Shown here piece by piece: positions 1-8,944 of a stretch of 17,353 bases of DNA. The notes below the pieces were generated by a model. It was not told the DNA's origin. It saw nothing but the letters and a program-made list of their open reading frames with translations, and searched no databases. Position numbers and translations under genes: made by a program. The DNA comes from Fidelibacterota bacterium (GTDB taxonomy: Bacteria > Fidelibacterota > Fidelibacteria > Fidelibacterales > Fidelibacteraceae): positions 1 to 17,353 of the forward strand of contig JAYEOX010000058.1 of assembly GCA_034723415.1 (NCBI GenBank), written 5' to 3'. The stretch's first letter is position 1. Each line of letters starts with the position of its first letter.

Positions 1-966
1 GTTCCGATAAATAAAATTGTTAGAGAAACTTTAGATGAAATTGGATATAACAATAGAGAAGCCGGATTGGATAGTAAAAATTGTTCGGTGATGGTTTCAG
101 TTGATGAGCAAAGTGGAGATATTGCAAACGGAATAAATGAATATGAAAATCATGAACAGGGTGCAGGAGATCAAGGTTTGATGTTTGGATTTGCTTGTGA
201 TGAAACTGAAGAATTGATGCCACTACCGATTACACTTGCACATAAATTAGCACACAGATTAACAGAGATAAGAAAAAAGAAAGTAGTTGATTGGGCATTG
301 CCTGATGGCAAAAGTCAAGTGACTGTAGAATATGAAAACGGTATTCCCAAGCGAGTTAATTCAGTTGTGATTGCAATTCATCATAAGAAATATATCAAAA
401 ATGAAGATTTAAAAAATGATATTAAAAAATTCGTAATTCAACCGATTTTGGGTAAATGGATTGATGATGAAACTAAATATTATATAAATGCCACGGGAAG
501 ATTTGAAACAGGTGGACCGATGGCAGATGCAGGATTGACGGGAAGGAAAATTATTGTTGATACTTATGGCGGATATTCTCGTCATGGTGGCGGTGCATTT
601 TCCGGAAAAGATCCATCGAAAGTTGATAGATCCGGTGCTTATATGGCAAGATATATTGCAAAAAATATTGTCGCAAGTGGCATTGCAAAAAAATGTGAAG
701 TTGAAGTTGCATATTCTATTGGCGAAGCCGAACCTGTTTCATTATTTATTGACACATTTGGAACTGGCAAAATTGATGATGAAAATTTAGCAGAAATTGT
801 CAGGAAGGAATTTCCTTTAAAACCACACGAAATAATAAAGCATCTTGATCTCAAAAAACCGATATATAAAAAGACATCAGCGTATGGGCATTTTGGGAGG
901 ATTAATGAAAATTTTTCTTGGGAAAAAACAGATAAAGCAAATGATTTGAAAAAATATCTAGAATGA
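1..966 (+). CDS. metK: S-adenosylmethionine synthetase (5'-truncated by the window edge)
   Basis: Signature motifs [57 protein letters not shown] and YGHFGR. The frame is open from base 1 ([16 protein letters not shown]...), so the TTG at 67 is internal. Confidence 0.98.
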   Translation, partial: VPINKIVRETLDEIGYNNREAGLDSKNCSVMVSVDEQSGDIANGINEYENHEQGAGDQGLMFGFACDETEELMPLPITLAHKLAHRLTEIRKKKVVDWALPDGKSQVTVEYENGIPKRVNSVVIAIHHKKYIKNEDLKNDIKKFVIQPILGKWIDDETKYYINATGRFETGGPMADAGLTGRKIIVDTYGGYSRHGGGAFSGKDPSKVDRSGAYMARYIAKNIVASGIAKKCEVEVAYSIGEAEPVSLFIDTFGTGKIDDENLAEIVRKEFPLKPHEIIKHLDLKKPIYKKTSAYGHFGRINENFSWEKTDKANDLKKYLE

Positions 967-980
967 TATTGTAATTTTTA

Positions 981-1565
981 ATGAACTATATTTCCAAAAT
1001 ATTTTTGTCTTTTATATTAATAATGATGATTTCATGTGATTCTTTACTTAGAGATAGTGAAAAACCTATAGATCCATCAAATACTCATTGGGAAATGCCA
1101 ATAGAATCAGATATTGTTTTTGTTAATATGATAAATGCTTTTCAATATAGAGAATATGAAAGTTACATAAAATGTTATTCTGATTCAACAACGAATAATG
1201 GTAAAGAATTCATTTTTATTCCAACTGCAACGGTAGATTATCCGGAAAAATTTGAAAATTGGGGAAGATCTGAAGAACTTATTTATTTTCAAAATATGTT
1301 GTCATCTTGTCCAATTGATTCCACTTTGGAATTTAATATTTTAGAAGAAGAGGAAATAAATAATGTTGGAGATTCAATTCAATATCAAATTAATTATGAA
1401 ATAAAAGTGCATCATAATCTCGATAATTTAAATAATAAATTTGTTGGATCTGCAAATATATGGCTAATGAAAAATCCTCAGAATTATTGGGTTATTTATT
1501 ATTTTGAAGATATTTCTACTTCAAAAGAATTCTCAAATTGGACTGATTTAAAAGAGTATTATTAA
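981..1565 (+). CDS. Predicted lipoprotein of unknown function, possibly NTF2/SnoaL-like fold
   Basis: Short hydrophobic N-terminus ending in lipobox-like MISC (Cys19). Pattern similarity to the next ORF. The fold is inferred. Confidence 0.7.
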   Translation: MNYISKIFLSFILIMMISCDSLLRDSEKPIDPSNTHWEMPIESDIVFVNMINAFQYREYESYIKCYSDSTTNNGKEFIFIPTATVDYPEKFENWGRSEELIYFQNMLSSCPIDSTLEFNILEEEEINNVGDSIQYQINYEIKVHHNLDNLNNKFVGSANIWLMKNPQNYWVIYYFEDISTSKEFSNWTDLKEYY

Positions 1566-1575
1566 ATATTTTGTT

Positions 1576-2145
1576 ATGAAAAAAGAAACAAAAATATTAT
1601 TATGTTGTTTAATGTTATTGTTGAACATAAGTAGTTGTAAAAATATCTTTGCTCCCAAATTAGAGAGTTTTACAGGCGGACAATCACTTTTTAATAGGGT
1701 TTTAAAGACACCAACAGATGTTTTGGAAAATTTTCGTTATGCATATATTTATCGTGATAGTTTAGTATATTCAAATTTAATTGATAGTAACTTTGTTTTT
1801 ATTTATTACAATGCCGATGATGAAGGTGGTAGCGGACATTATGATTCATGGCTTAAAGAAGTAGAATTACGTACTACTGGGAGAATTTTTAGGGCTTTTT
1901 CCCATATTGATTTAACTTGGAATTCTACATTGGATAGTAGTTTTTCATATTATAGTAAAGATTCATTAATAATTCAACAAGATGATATTTTTGAAGAAGC
2001 TAATAATGCAAATATTTCAAAATCATTTGAATTAAATTTAGGTTATGAAATAATAATCGAAGGTACGGCAAAATTTGATTTTGTTAAGAATAAAAATGAT
2101 GAATGGCAAATATGTAAATGGCGTGATGAATCAAGCTCTTATTAA
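1576..2145 (+). CDS. Predicted lipoprotein of unknown function, paralogue of the upstream ORF
   Basis: MKK + hydrophobic stretch + ISSC lipobox (Cys21), followed by NIFAP. C-terminal GTAKFDF...WQICKWRD resembles the upstream ORF's GSANIWL...WVIYYFED. Confidence 0.72.
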   Translation: MKKETKILLCCLMLLLNISSCKNIFAPKLESFTGGQSLFNRVLKTPTDVLENFRYAYIYRDSLVYSNLIDSNFVFIYYNADDEGGSGHYDSWLKEVELRTTGRIFRAFSHIDLTWNSTLDSSFSYYSKDSLIIQQDDIFEEANNANISKSFELNLGYEIIIEGTAKFDFVKNKNDEWQICKWRDESSSY

Positions 2146-2163
2146 AATAACACAGAGATAACA

Positions 2164-3279
2164 TTGTATATAAAATATTTTAAAAATAATTTTTCTGATG
2201 TAAAAAAGATTTTGTTTCTCTTTTTAATTATATTTGCAGTAATTACTTTTTTAGTAGTTAATAAAATAAATAACATTAGGAATGAAAAAAAGTACAACAA
2301 TATTGATAATAAATCGTTTGTAACTGAAAAAGTTATTTCATTACTCAATTCTAAATTATTTGATTTTGAAAAACATAGTTCAAAAATCGATAGTATTGAA
2401 AATATTAAATATTATAATTATATTTATAAAAGTGATTCTATAGGATTTAAAAATATCAATAAATTGATAAAGTATTTAAATTTAAATAATTTGACTTTCA
2501 AATATAACAAACTCAAAAAAGGCGAATATATTATAAAAATTCTTGATAATAAGAATGAACCATTTATAGTATTAAAATTAATTTCATCAACAAAACTTGA
2601 TAAGTATAAAGAAATTAAAGGTAAAATAGCAATAATTATAGATGATTTTGGTTATTTTGATAATCATTTATCTGATGGTTTTTTCAATTTACCAAAGGAA
2701 ATAACTTTTTCAGTCATTCCAGGACATCAATTTTCGAAAATAGTAGCAAGAAAAATAAACAAATTGAATCATGATTTATTGATTCATTTACCAATGGAAC
2801 CATTAAGTTATAGAGGAGACGAAAAACAGTATATTATTATGACTGGAATGAATAGTAATGAAATAGAAAACAGAATAAATAAAGCAATTAATGATCTGCC
2901 ACAGGCAATTGGTATTAATAATCATATGGGTTCAAAAGCAACTTCAGATTTAAGAATAATGAATAAAGTTGCTAATGCTATTAATAACAAAGATTTATTA
3001 TTTGTTGATTCTTTTACATATAAAAATTCTATTGCTTATAAAGTTATGAAAAAAAATGATATTCCAACCGCTAAAAGAGACATATTTATTGATAACAAAA
3101 ATGAACCAGATTATATTTCTGGACAAATAGATAAATTAGTTCAGTTAGCTGTTAAAAATGGAAAAGCAATTGGAATTGGGCATGGAAGAAAAAATACTTT
3201 ATTAATGTTACAGAAAAAAATACCCAATATCGTTTCAAATGGTATTGTATTAGTTCCAATATCAGAATATGTACACTGA
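2164..3279 (+). CDS. Divergent polysaccharide deacetylase (YibQ / Polysacc_deac_2 family) with N-terminal membrane anchor
   Basis: Motifs IAIIIDDFG, HLPMEP, GINNHMGS, FVDS, RDIFIDN and AIGIGH. Hydrophobic segment near the N-terminus. The TTG start is uncertain. Confidence 0.92.
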   Translation: MYIKYFKNNFSDVKKILFLFLIIFAVITFLVVNKINNIRNEKKYNNIDNKSFVTEKVISLLNSKLFDFEKHSSKIDSIENIKYYNYIYKSDSIGFKNINKLIKYLNLNNLTFKYNKLKKGEYIIKILDNKNEPFIVLKLISSTKLDKYKEIKGKIAIIIDDFGYFDNHLSDGFFNLPKEITFSVIPGHQFSKIVARKINKLNHDLLIHLPMEPLSYRGDEKQYIIMTGMNSNEIENRINKAINDLPQAIGINNHMGSKATSDLRIMNKVANAINNKDLLFVDSFTYKNSIAYKVMKKNDIPTAKRDIFIDNKNEPDYISGQIDKLVQLAVKNGKAIGIGHGRKNTLLMLQKKIPNIVSNGIVLVPISEYVH

Positions 3280-3303
3280 TTTTTTATGAATTAAAAAAAA
3301 TAC

Positions 3304-3332
3304 TTGACAAAATTGAAACATATTACTAACTT
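3304..3332 (+). promoter_or_regulatory. Sigma70-type promoter for the M23 peptidase gene
   Basis: Perfect TTGACA (3304-3309), 17-nt spacer, TAACTT (3327-3332), ending 41 nt before the ATG at 3374. Confidence 0.6.
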
Positions 3333-3373
3333 ATATTGTTAAAATGGAATTTTGTATAAAATGAGAAAGAATA

Positions 3374-4291
3374 ATGAGTAATAAAAAATACATCTTGTTT
3401 ATTGAGAATGATTCTAAGATGCAAGAAATGCATCTTAATTGGAAACATTTTATTAGTATTTTTTTGGTAATTTTTGTGTTGTTCTCTATTTCTGTATTTG
3501 GATTATCAAAAATATTTTCAAAATTCCATTACCAAGAAAAAATTGCTAAGGTATATAAAGAAAATGACAATTTAGAATTGTCGATAAATTTAATGCAGGA
3601 AAAAGTATCTGAATTAAACAAAACAATAAAAAATATTAAAGAAAAAGATAATGCAATTCGTCTTTATTCAAATTTGCCTGAAAATGATATTAATATTGAT
3701 GAATTAGGAACAGGTGGTAGGGTTGATAGAAAATTATATGTTGGCGATGAAATTTCAAAAAGAGCAACGAAATTAACAAATGTTGATAAAAGCTTAACAC
3801 AAATATCAAAAGAACTACAATCTGAATTAATTAGTTACGAAAATCTTACGGAAATATTAAAAAGAAAAAAACAAAAGCTTGATGCTACTCCGACAATTGT
3901 TCCGTTAAAAAATAATGCCTATATTTCTTCTCCTTACGGAAAAAGAGTGGATCCATTTACAGGGCGTATAGGAATGCATGATGGAATTGATTTTGCTACA
4001 AGAAGCGGTACTCCAATTTATGCTACAGCTGATGGAAAAGTGAAATATGCTAAATATATTGGTGGATATGGATATACTATTAAAATTAACCATGGTTTTG
4101 GTTATAGTACAATTTATGGACATATGAGTAAAATGAAAGCCAAAAAATATCAAAGTGTAAAGCGGGGTGATCTTATAGGATATGTTGGTAATACCGGGAG
4201 ATCAACCGGCCCGCATTTACATTATGAAATAAGATATAATAATAATCCAGTAAATCCAATAAAGTATATGTGGATTAGAAAAAAATTATAA
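3374..4291 (+). CDS. M23-family zinc metallopeptidase (peptidoglycan endopeptidase) with N-terminal TM helix and coiled coil
   Basis: Intact zinc motifs HDGID (HxxxD) and HLH in GNTGRSTGPHLHYE. Also ISSPYGKRVDPF, TIYGHM and NNNPVNP. Confidence 0.93.
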   Translation: MSNKKYILFIENDSKMQEMHLNWKHFISIFLVIFVLFSISVFGLSKIFSKFHYQEKIAKVYKENDNLELSINLMQEKVSELNKTIKNIKEKDNAIRLYSNLPENDINIDELGTGGRVDRKLYVGDEISKRATKLTNVDKSLTQISKELQSELISYENLTEILKRKKQKLDATPTIVPLKNNAYISSPYGKRVDPFTGRIGMHDGIDFATRSGTPIYATADGKVKYAKYIGGYGYTIKINHGFGYSTIYGHMSKMKAKKYQSVKRGDLIGYVGNTGRSTGPHLHYEIRYNNNPVNPIKYMWIRKKL

Positions 4292-4317
4292 ACTAAATCT
4301 TTATAAATATTATTTTT

Positions 4318-4349
4318 AATGCTTGTAAAGATCTTTGCAAGCATTTTTT
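4318..4349 (+). terminator. Rho-independent terminator
   Basis: Inverted repeat AATGCTTGTAAAGA/TCTTTGCAAGCATT (one G-U pair) followed by a T tract, 26 nt after the M23 stop. Confidence 0.8.
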
Positions 4350-4382
4350 ATTTTTACAAATGAATTATTAAAATAGGCAATA

Positions 4383-5441
4383 ATGTCAAGATCAATTAGA
4401 ATTATTTTACTTTTAAATTTTGTACTATTTCAAATATTATTTGCTGTGCAAAAAAAAGATACATCGCTGCCCGATAGTAGTTTTACATTCACTGTAAGTT
4501 GTGTCGGTGATATTATGTTAGGAACCTCATTCCCACGGGATTATTTACCACCAAATGATGGAAAAGATATATTTAGGAATGTAACAAAATTTATTGATAA
4601 CAGCGATATTGCTATTGGCAATTTAGAAGGTTGTATAGCTGATAGCGGAAAATCAGCTAAATGTGATAGCAGTGAAAATTGTTATGCATTTAGAATGCCA
4701 ATAAAATATGGAGATTTGTTGAAAAGTGCTGGATTTAATTTGCTATCAATTGCAAATAATCATATTAATGATTTTGGTATTGATGGTCGTAAATCTACAA
4801 TTAACACATTAGATAATTTGAATATTGGATGGTCCGGGCCACCAAAAACTTATGCAGAATTACAAATTGCAGATGTTAAAATTGCTTTCATTGCATTTTC
4901 TCCATATAGTCATTCTAATGATCTAAGGAAAATAGATCAATCAAAAAAAATAATTTATAAATTAACCGAAGAATATGATGTAATAATTGTATCTTTTCAT
5001 GGTGGATCCGAAGGTAAAGATGCTTTAAGAGTTCCAGATTCTACTGAATATTATTATGAAGAAAATCGTGGGAATTTGAAAAAATTTACTCATGCGGTGA
5101 TCAACGCCGGAGCTGATCTTGTTTTTGGCCACGGACCGCATGTATTGAGAGGAATGGAAGTTTATAAAAATAGATTAATTGCATATTCACTTGGTAATTT
5201 TGCAACATATAAGAGATTTAACCTTGATGGTAATTTGGGTAAATCAGCGATTTTAAAAGTAGATTTAGATAAAAATGGACGATTTGTATCAGGGAAAATT
5301 ATTTCAATAAAGCAAAATTATCCGGGAATTCCGGTAATTGACAGATCAAATTATTCAATAAAATTAATAAACCAATTGTCTAATGATGATTTCCCCGAGA
5401 GTGGAATAAAAATAGATTCAACAGGAATGTTTTTTAGATAA
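4383..5441 (+). CDS. CapA/PgsA-family (PGA_cap) metallophosphoesterase with signal peptide
   Basis: Motifs VGDIMLG, GNLEG, IANNH, SFHGG, GHGPH and YSLGNF. Hydrophobic N-terminal signal. Confidence 0.92.
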   Translation: MSRSIRIILLLNFVLFQILFAVQKKDTSLPDSSFTFTVSCVGDIMLGTSFPRDYLPPNDGKDIFRNVTKFIDNSDIAIGNLEGCIADSGKSAKCDSSENCYAFRMPIKYGDLLKSAGFNLLSIANNHINDFGIDGRKSTINTLDNLNIGWSGPPKTYAELQIADVKIAFIAFSPYSHSNDLRKIDQSKKIIYKLTEEYDVIIVSFHGGSEGKDALRVPDSTEYYYEENRGNLKKFTHAVINAGADLVFGHGPHVLRGMEVYKNRLIAYSLGNFATYKRFNLDGNLGKSAILKVDLDKNGRFVSGKIISIKQNYPGIPVIDRSNYSIKLINQLSNDDFPESGIKIDSTGMFFR

Positions 5442-5495
5442 CAGAATTTATTATTTTGCAACAAATGCATGAATAAAACAAGCAGGAATCTGTTT

Positions 5496-5528
5496 CTCAA
5501 CCTTAACCTCAACCTCAACCTCAACCTT
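5496..5528. repeat. Hexanucleotide tandem repeat (CTCAAC)n, 5.5 units
   Basis: CTCAAC CTTAAC CTCAAC CTCAAC CTCAAC CTT, read directly from the intergenic gap between two convergent genes. Confidence 0.9.
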
Positions 5529-5533
5529 ATATC

Positions 5534-6142
5534 TCATAGTAACAGCCAATTATCTTTAATTATATTTCCTAACAATTCTGAACATTTTATTAAATTTTTC
5601 TTAAAGGATTTGATAGTATCATCATTCGCATTGTCAGAAATAATTTTAATAATATTAATAGGTATTTTATTCTCAATTGCCTTTTTTGCAATAAAATAAC
5701 TCTCCATATCTACCACATCATATTTATTTTGACTGTTAATTATATCCCTTAAGGCGTTATTAATTAACGGTTTTACAACTGTTAACAAATTGACATTTTT
5801 ACCATTAATATTATTACAAATAGGAATGTTGAATGATTTTGAATTATTTTCAGAAAACGCATTTTTTACTTTAACTATTTCTAATGTTTTTAATTGGTTA
5901 TTTAACGCACCGGCTATGCCAAAATTATAGATAAATTCGGGAGTATATTTTTGTAGATAATAATTCAATGCTTTGACAGTAGAATCTCTTCCGATTCCGG
6001 TTTGTAATAAATGTAAATTTTTGTTTTTATATTCTAATTCCATTAGTAAAATATTTTTATCGATATTATTTTTTTTTATGATATTCGTGAAACTTAAAAT
6101 ATTTTTATATTCTGATTTGTGAGCAAATGTTAACAATTTCAT
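5534..6142 (-). CDS. Nucleoside phosphorylase/nucleosidase-like protein (PNP_UDP_1 superfamily; MTAN/HpnG/MqnB-like)
   Basis: Motifs A-x-x-x-E near the N-terminus, TGIG, NFGIAGAL, VVDMES and KIISD. Confidence 0.8.
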   Translation of the reverse strand: MKLLTFAHKSEYKNILSFTNIIKKNNIDKNILLMELEYKNKNLHLLQTGIGRDSTVKALNYYLQKYTPEFIYNFGIAGALNNQLKTLEIVKVKNAFSENNSKSFNIPICNNINGKNVNLLTVVKPLINNALRDIINSQNKYDVVDMESYFIAKKAIENKIPINIIKIISDNANDDTIKSFKKNLIKCSELLGNIIKDNWLLL

Positions 6143-6280
6143 TTTAGATCTTTTATATATTTTAGCATTATTGGTTCTTTTATTTTAACACAATGTAATT
6201 TATGAATATTTCTATAAGAGTGAAATAAAAATAATAGATAAAATTCTTGAATATTATATAATGAACAAGTAAATTTAGAT

Positions 6281-7474
6281 ATGAATTGGATGCGATTATT
6301 AATAGGAATAGTTTTATTATCTATTTCACAATTAATGTTTTGTGAAAGCATATCTGATTATAACAGTAAAATTAAAAATAGAAATAGAGAATTACAAAAT
6401 ATTGAAAATGAGATTAGCCAATTAAGACAAAATATTCAAAATAAAAAACAGGTGGAAAGTTCATTATTTGAGCAATTAAATCAGGCAGAACATGAAATAT
6501 CATTAACAAATAAAAAAATTAGCACTCAAAAGGAAAAATTAGAATTACAACAGAATAAGTTAAAGGTATTGGAATCAAAAAAAAGCTATCAAATAATTCA
6601 AAAAGAAGATTTGAAAGAACGGTATAAAAATAGAGTTAGACGTTTTTATAAGAATTATAATGATGATATTTATTCATTTATTTATAATTCGGATAATATG
6701 AATGAATTATTTTATCGTTTAAAGTATTTTCAAATTATTAATGAAATAGATAAAAAATTATATGATAAGATAAAATTTTTAATAAGCGATATTGAAAATA
6801 AAACAGTTCAAATCTATGATGGAAAAAAAGAAATAGTAAAAACAATAAATGAATTGAAAGATGAAGATATTAATCTTCAAAGAATGAAAAACAAACGTGC
6901 CAATAGTTTAAGGAAAGTTAAGAAAAATCGATTAGCACTAATAGAATCATTAAAGAATAAAGAAAAATCGCTTCAGAAAATAAAAGGAATGATAAGTAAA
7001 ATTGAAAAAAACAAAGAAAAGTATTTAGCAGAATTAAAGAGGCAAAGGGAATTAGAAGCGAGAAAAAGAAAAAAAAGTTATACAAAAGGACAAATCCCCT
7101 GGCCCGTTTATGGTTCTGTAATAAGTAAATTTGGAAAAGAAGTGCATCCTGAATTAAAAACTGTTACAGAAAATCCCGGCATTGATATTCAAGCACGAAA
7201 AGGAACAAAGGTAAAGTCTGTAATGGATGGAATGGTAACATCAGTTACTTGGTTGCGTGGATATGGGAATACAGTTATTATTTTTCATGAAAATGGTTTT
7301 TTTACAGTATATTCTCATGTTGATGGAATTAGAATAAGAGAAAATGACTATGTAAAATCCGGTCAAACAATAGCAGAAGTGAGTGACAGTGGATCTGTAA
7401 AAGGAGATTTACTTCATTTTGAAATATGGAATGCAAAACAAAAATTAAACCCGGAAACTTGGTTAAAAAGATAA
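6281..7474 (+). CDS. envC: EnvC-like murein hydrolase activator (long coiled coil + degenerate M23/LytM domain)
   Basis: Signal peptide, ~250-aa coiled coil, then WPVYGSVISKFG and GYGNTVIIFH. Zinc ligands are lost (NPGID instead of HxxxD, LLH instead of HLH), as is characteristic of EnvC. Confidence 0.8.
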   Translation: MNWMRLLIGIVLLSISQLMFCESISDYNSKIKNRNRELQNIENEISQLRQNIQNKKQVESSLFEQLNQAEHEISLTNKKISTQKEKLELQQNKLKVLESKKSYQIIQKEDLKERYKNRVRRFYKNYNDDIYSFIYNSDNMNELFYRLKYFQIINEIDKKLYDKIKFLISDIENKTVQIYDGKKEIVKTINELKDEDINLQRMKNKRANSLRKVKKNRLALIESLKNKEKSLQKIKGMISKIEKNKEKYLAELKRQRELEARKRKKSYTKGQIPWPVYGSVISKFGKEVHPELKTVTENPGIDIQARKGTKVKSVMDGMVTSVTWLRGYGNTVIIFHENGFFTVYSHVDGIRIRENDYVKSGQTIAEVSDSGSVKGDLLHFEIWNAKQKLNPETWLKR

Positions 7475-7509
7475 GAATATTAATAAAAGATAAATAAATA
7501 GGTAATTAA

Positions 7510-8937
7510 ATGAATAAAGAAACTAGACAAATATTAATTAAAATTTATGAGAAACAATTTAAAGAAGAAGTAAAAAATATTTCAAAATTAGCTCGTTCTG
7601 GTTCTAATAGGGAATACTATCGCATAAAAAGTGATAACAATTCGGCAATTGGTGTTTATAATCCTGATAAAAAAGAAAATGTTGCTTTTATTGAATTTAC
7701 AAAACATTTTTTGGAAAATGATTTAAATGCTCCGAAAATTTATCAATCTGATTTGAAGAAGAATGTTTATCTTGAAGAAGATTTGGGTGATAAAACACTT
7801 TTCGAATTTTTATCTAATGTCTATCAAAAGGGAATATTTCCACAAAATTTGATTGATGTTTATAAAAATATTTTAACATTACTTCCAAAAATTCAGATAA
7901 ATGTTGATAAAAAAATAGATTATTCAAAATGCTATCCTCGTAATTCATTTGACCGTCAATCTATGATGTGGGATTTAAATTATTTTAAATATTATTTTTT
8001 GAAATTAGCAAAAGTTTCATTTGATGAGCAATTGTTAGAAGATGATTTCCAAAAATTTTGTGACTATTTATTAGATGTTGAAAATAATTTCTTTTTATAC
8101 AGGGATTTTCAATCGCGAAACATTATGTTGAAAGATAACAAAATTTATTTTATTGATTATCAAGGTGGTAGAAAAGGAGCATTGCAATATGATGTTGCGT
8201 CTTTACTTTATGATGCAAAGGCAAATATTCCGGAACATATTCGTAAAGAATTATTGAAACATTATACAAATGAATTGCAGAATTATATTAAAATTGATGA
8301 ACAGAAATTTGTTCAGCAATATTACGGATATGTTTTAATAAGAATAATGCAAGCAATGGGTGCTTATGGATTCAGAGGATTTTATGAACGCAAAGAACAT
8401 TTTTTGAAAAGTATTCCTTATGCAATAAAAAACATGAAATTTATTCTAGAAAATATTGATTTACCGATTGATATACCGGTTTTGTTAGAAGCATTGAATA
8501 ATGTTGTGGAATCAAAATGGCTAAAAAAAATTGGTAAGAAAAATAATAATTTACAAGTTCGTATAAATAGTTTTGCATACAAAAAAGGAATTCCAGGAGA
8601 TGCAAAAGGCAATGGTGGTGGATTTGTTTTTGATTGTAGGGGAATTTTAAATCCCGGAAGAATTGATGAGTATAAAAATTTGACCGGAAAAGATAAAAAT
8701 GTACAAGAGTTTTTAGAAAACAAAACTGAGATAAACGATTTTCTAAAGAATACTTTTGTTTTAGTAGATAGAACAGTTGAAAATTATTTGAATAGGAATT
8801 TTACAGATTTACTGGTTAGTTTTGGTTGTACAGGCGGGTTGCATCGTTCTGTGTATTGTGCAGAGAAATTATCAAAACATTTGGAAAATAAATTTGACAT
8901 TTCAATAATATTAAATCATAGAGAATTAGAGAGTTAA
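7510..8937 (+). CDS. AmgK-like anomeric MurNAc/GlcNAc kinase (APH phosphotransferase fold) fused to a RapZ C-terminal domain
   Basis: Kinase motifs GSNREYYR, EDLGD, YRDFQSRNIM, IDYQG and YDVASLL. From ~8551, RapZ-C motifs SFAYKKG, FVFDCR.ILNP and GCTGGLHRSV. Directly followed by a murU-like gene. Confidence 0.85.
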   Translation: MNKETRQILIKIYEKQFKEEVKNISKLARSGSNREYYRIKSDNNSAIGVYNPDKKENVAFIEFTKHFLENDLNAPKIYQSDLKKNVYLEEDLGDKTLFEFLSNVYQKGIFPQNLIDVYKNILTLLPKIQINVDKKIDYSKCYPRNSFDRQSMMWDLNYFKYYFLKLAKVSFDEQLLEDDFQKFCDYLLDVENNFFLYRDFQSRNIMLKDNKIYFIDYQGGRKGALQYDVASLLYDAKANIPEHIRKELLKHYTNELQNYIKIDEQKFVQQYYGYVLIRIMQAMGAYGFRGFYERKEHFLKSIPYAIKNMKFILENIDLPIDIPVLLEALNNVVESKWLKKIGKKNNNLQVRINSFAYKKGIPGDAKGNGGGFVFDCRGILNPGRIDEYKNLTGKDKNVQEFLENKTEINDFLKNTFVLVDRTVENYLNRNFTDLLVSFGCTGGLHRSVYCAEKLSKHLENKFDISIILNHRELES

Positions 8938-8944
8938 CAATTTT

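Noticed and set aside
67..69. TTG start for metK given by the ORF track
   Set aside because: The frame is open to base 1 and the N-terminal MetK domain is missing, so the true start lies upstream of the window.
3349..3362. ATTTTGTATAAAAT as a third copy of the 12330/17262 motif
   Set aside because: It needs a deletion in the core and is almost all A/T, so it cannot be distinguished from chance.
5469..5699. 76-aa ORF with an LNLNLNLN run
   Set aside because: It is a translation of the hexamer repeat plus the antisense of the nucleosidase gene; no evidence of coding.
6069..6077. T9 homopolymer in the nucleosidase gene (another near 16954) as a phase-variation tract
   Set aside because: A/T runs of 8-9 are common at this base composition, and both frames are intact.
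6235..6262. Possible envC promoter (TAGATA-16-TATAAT)
   Set aside because: The -35 is weak, and TATAAT-like hexamers are expected by chance in this nearly all-AT spacer.
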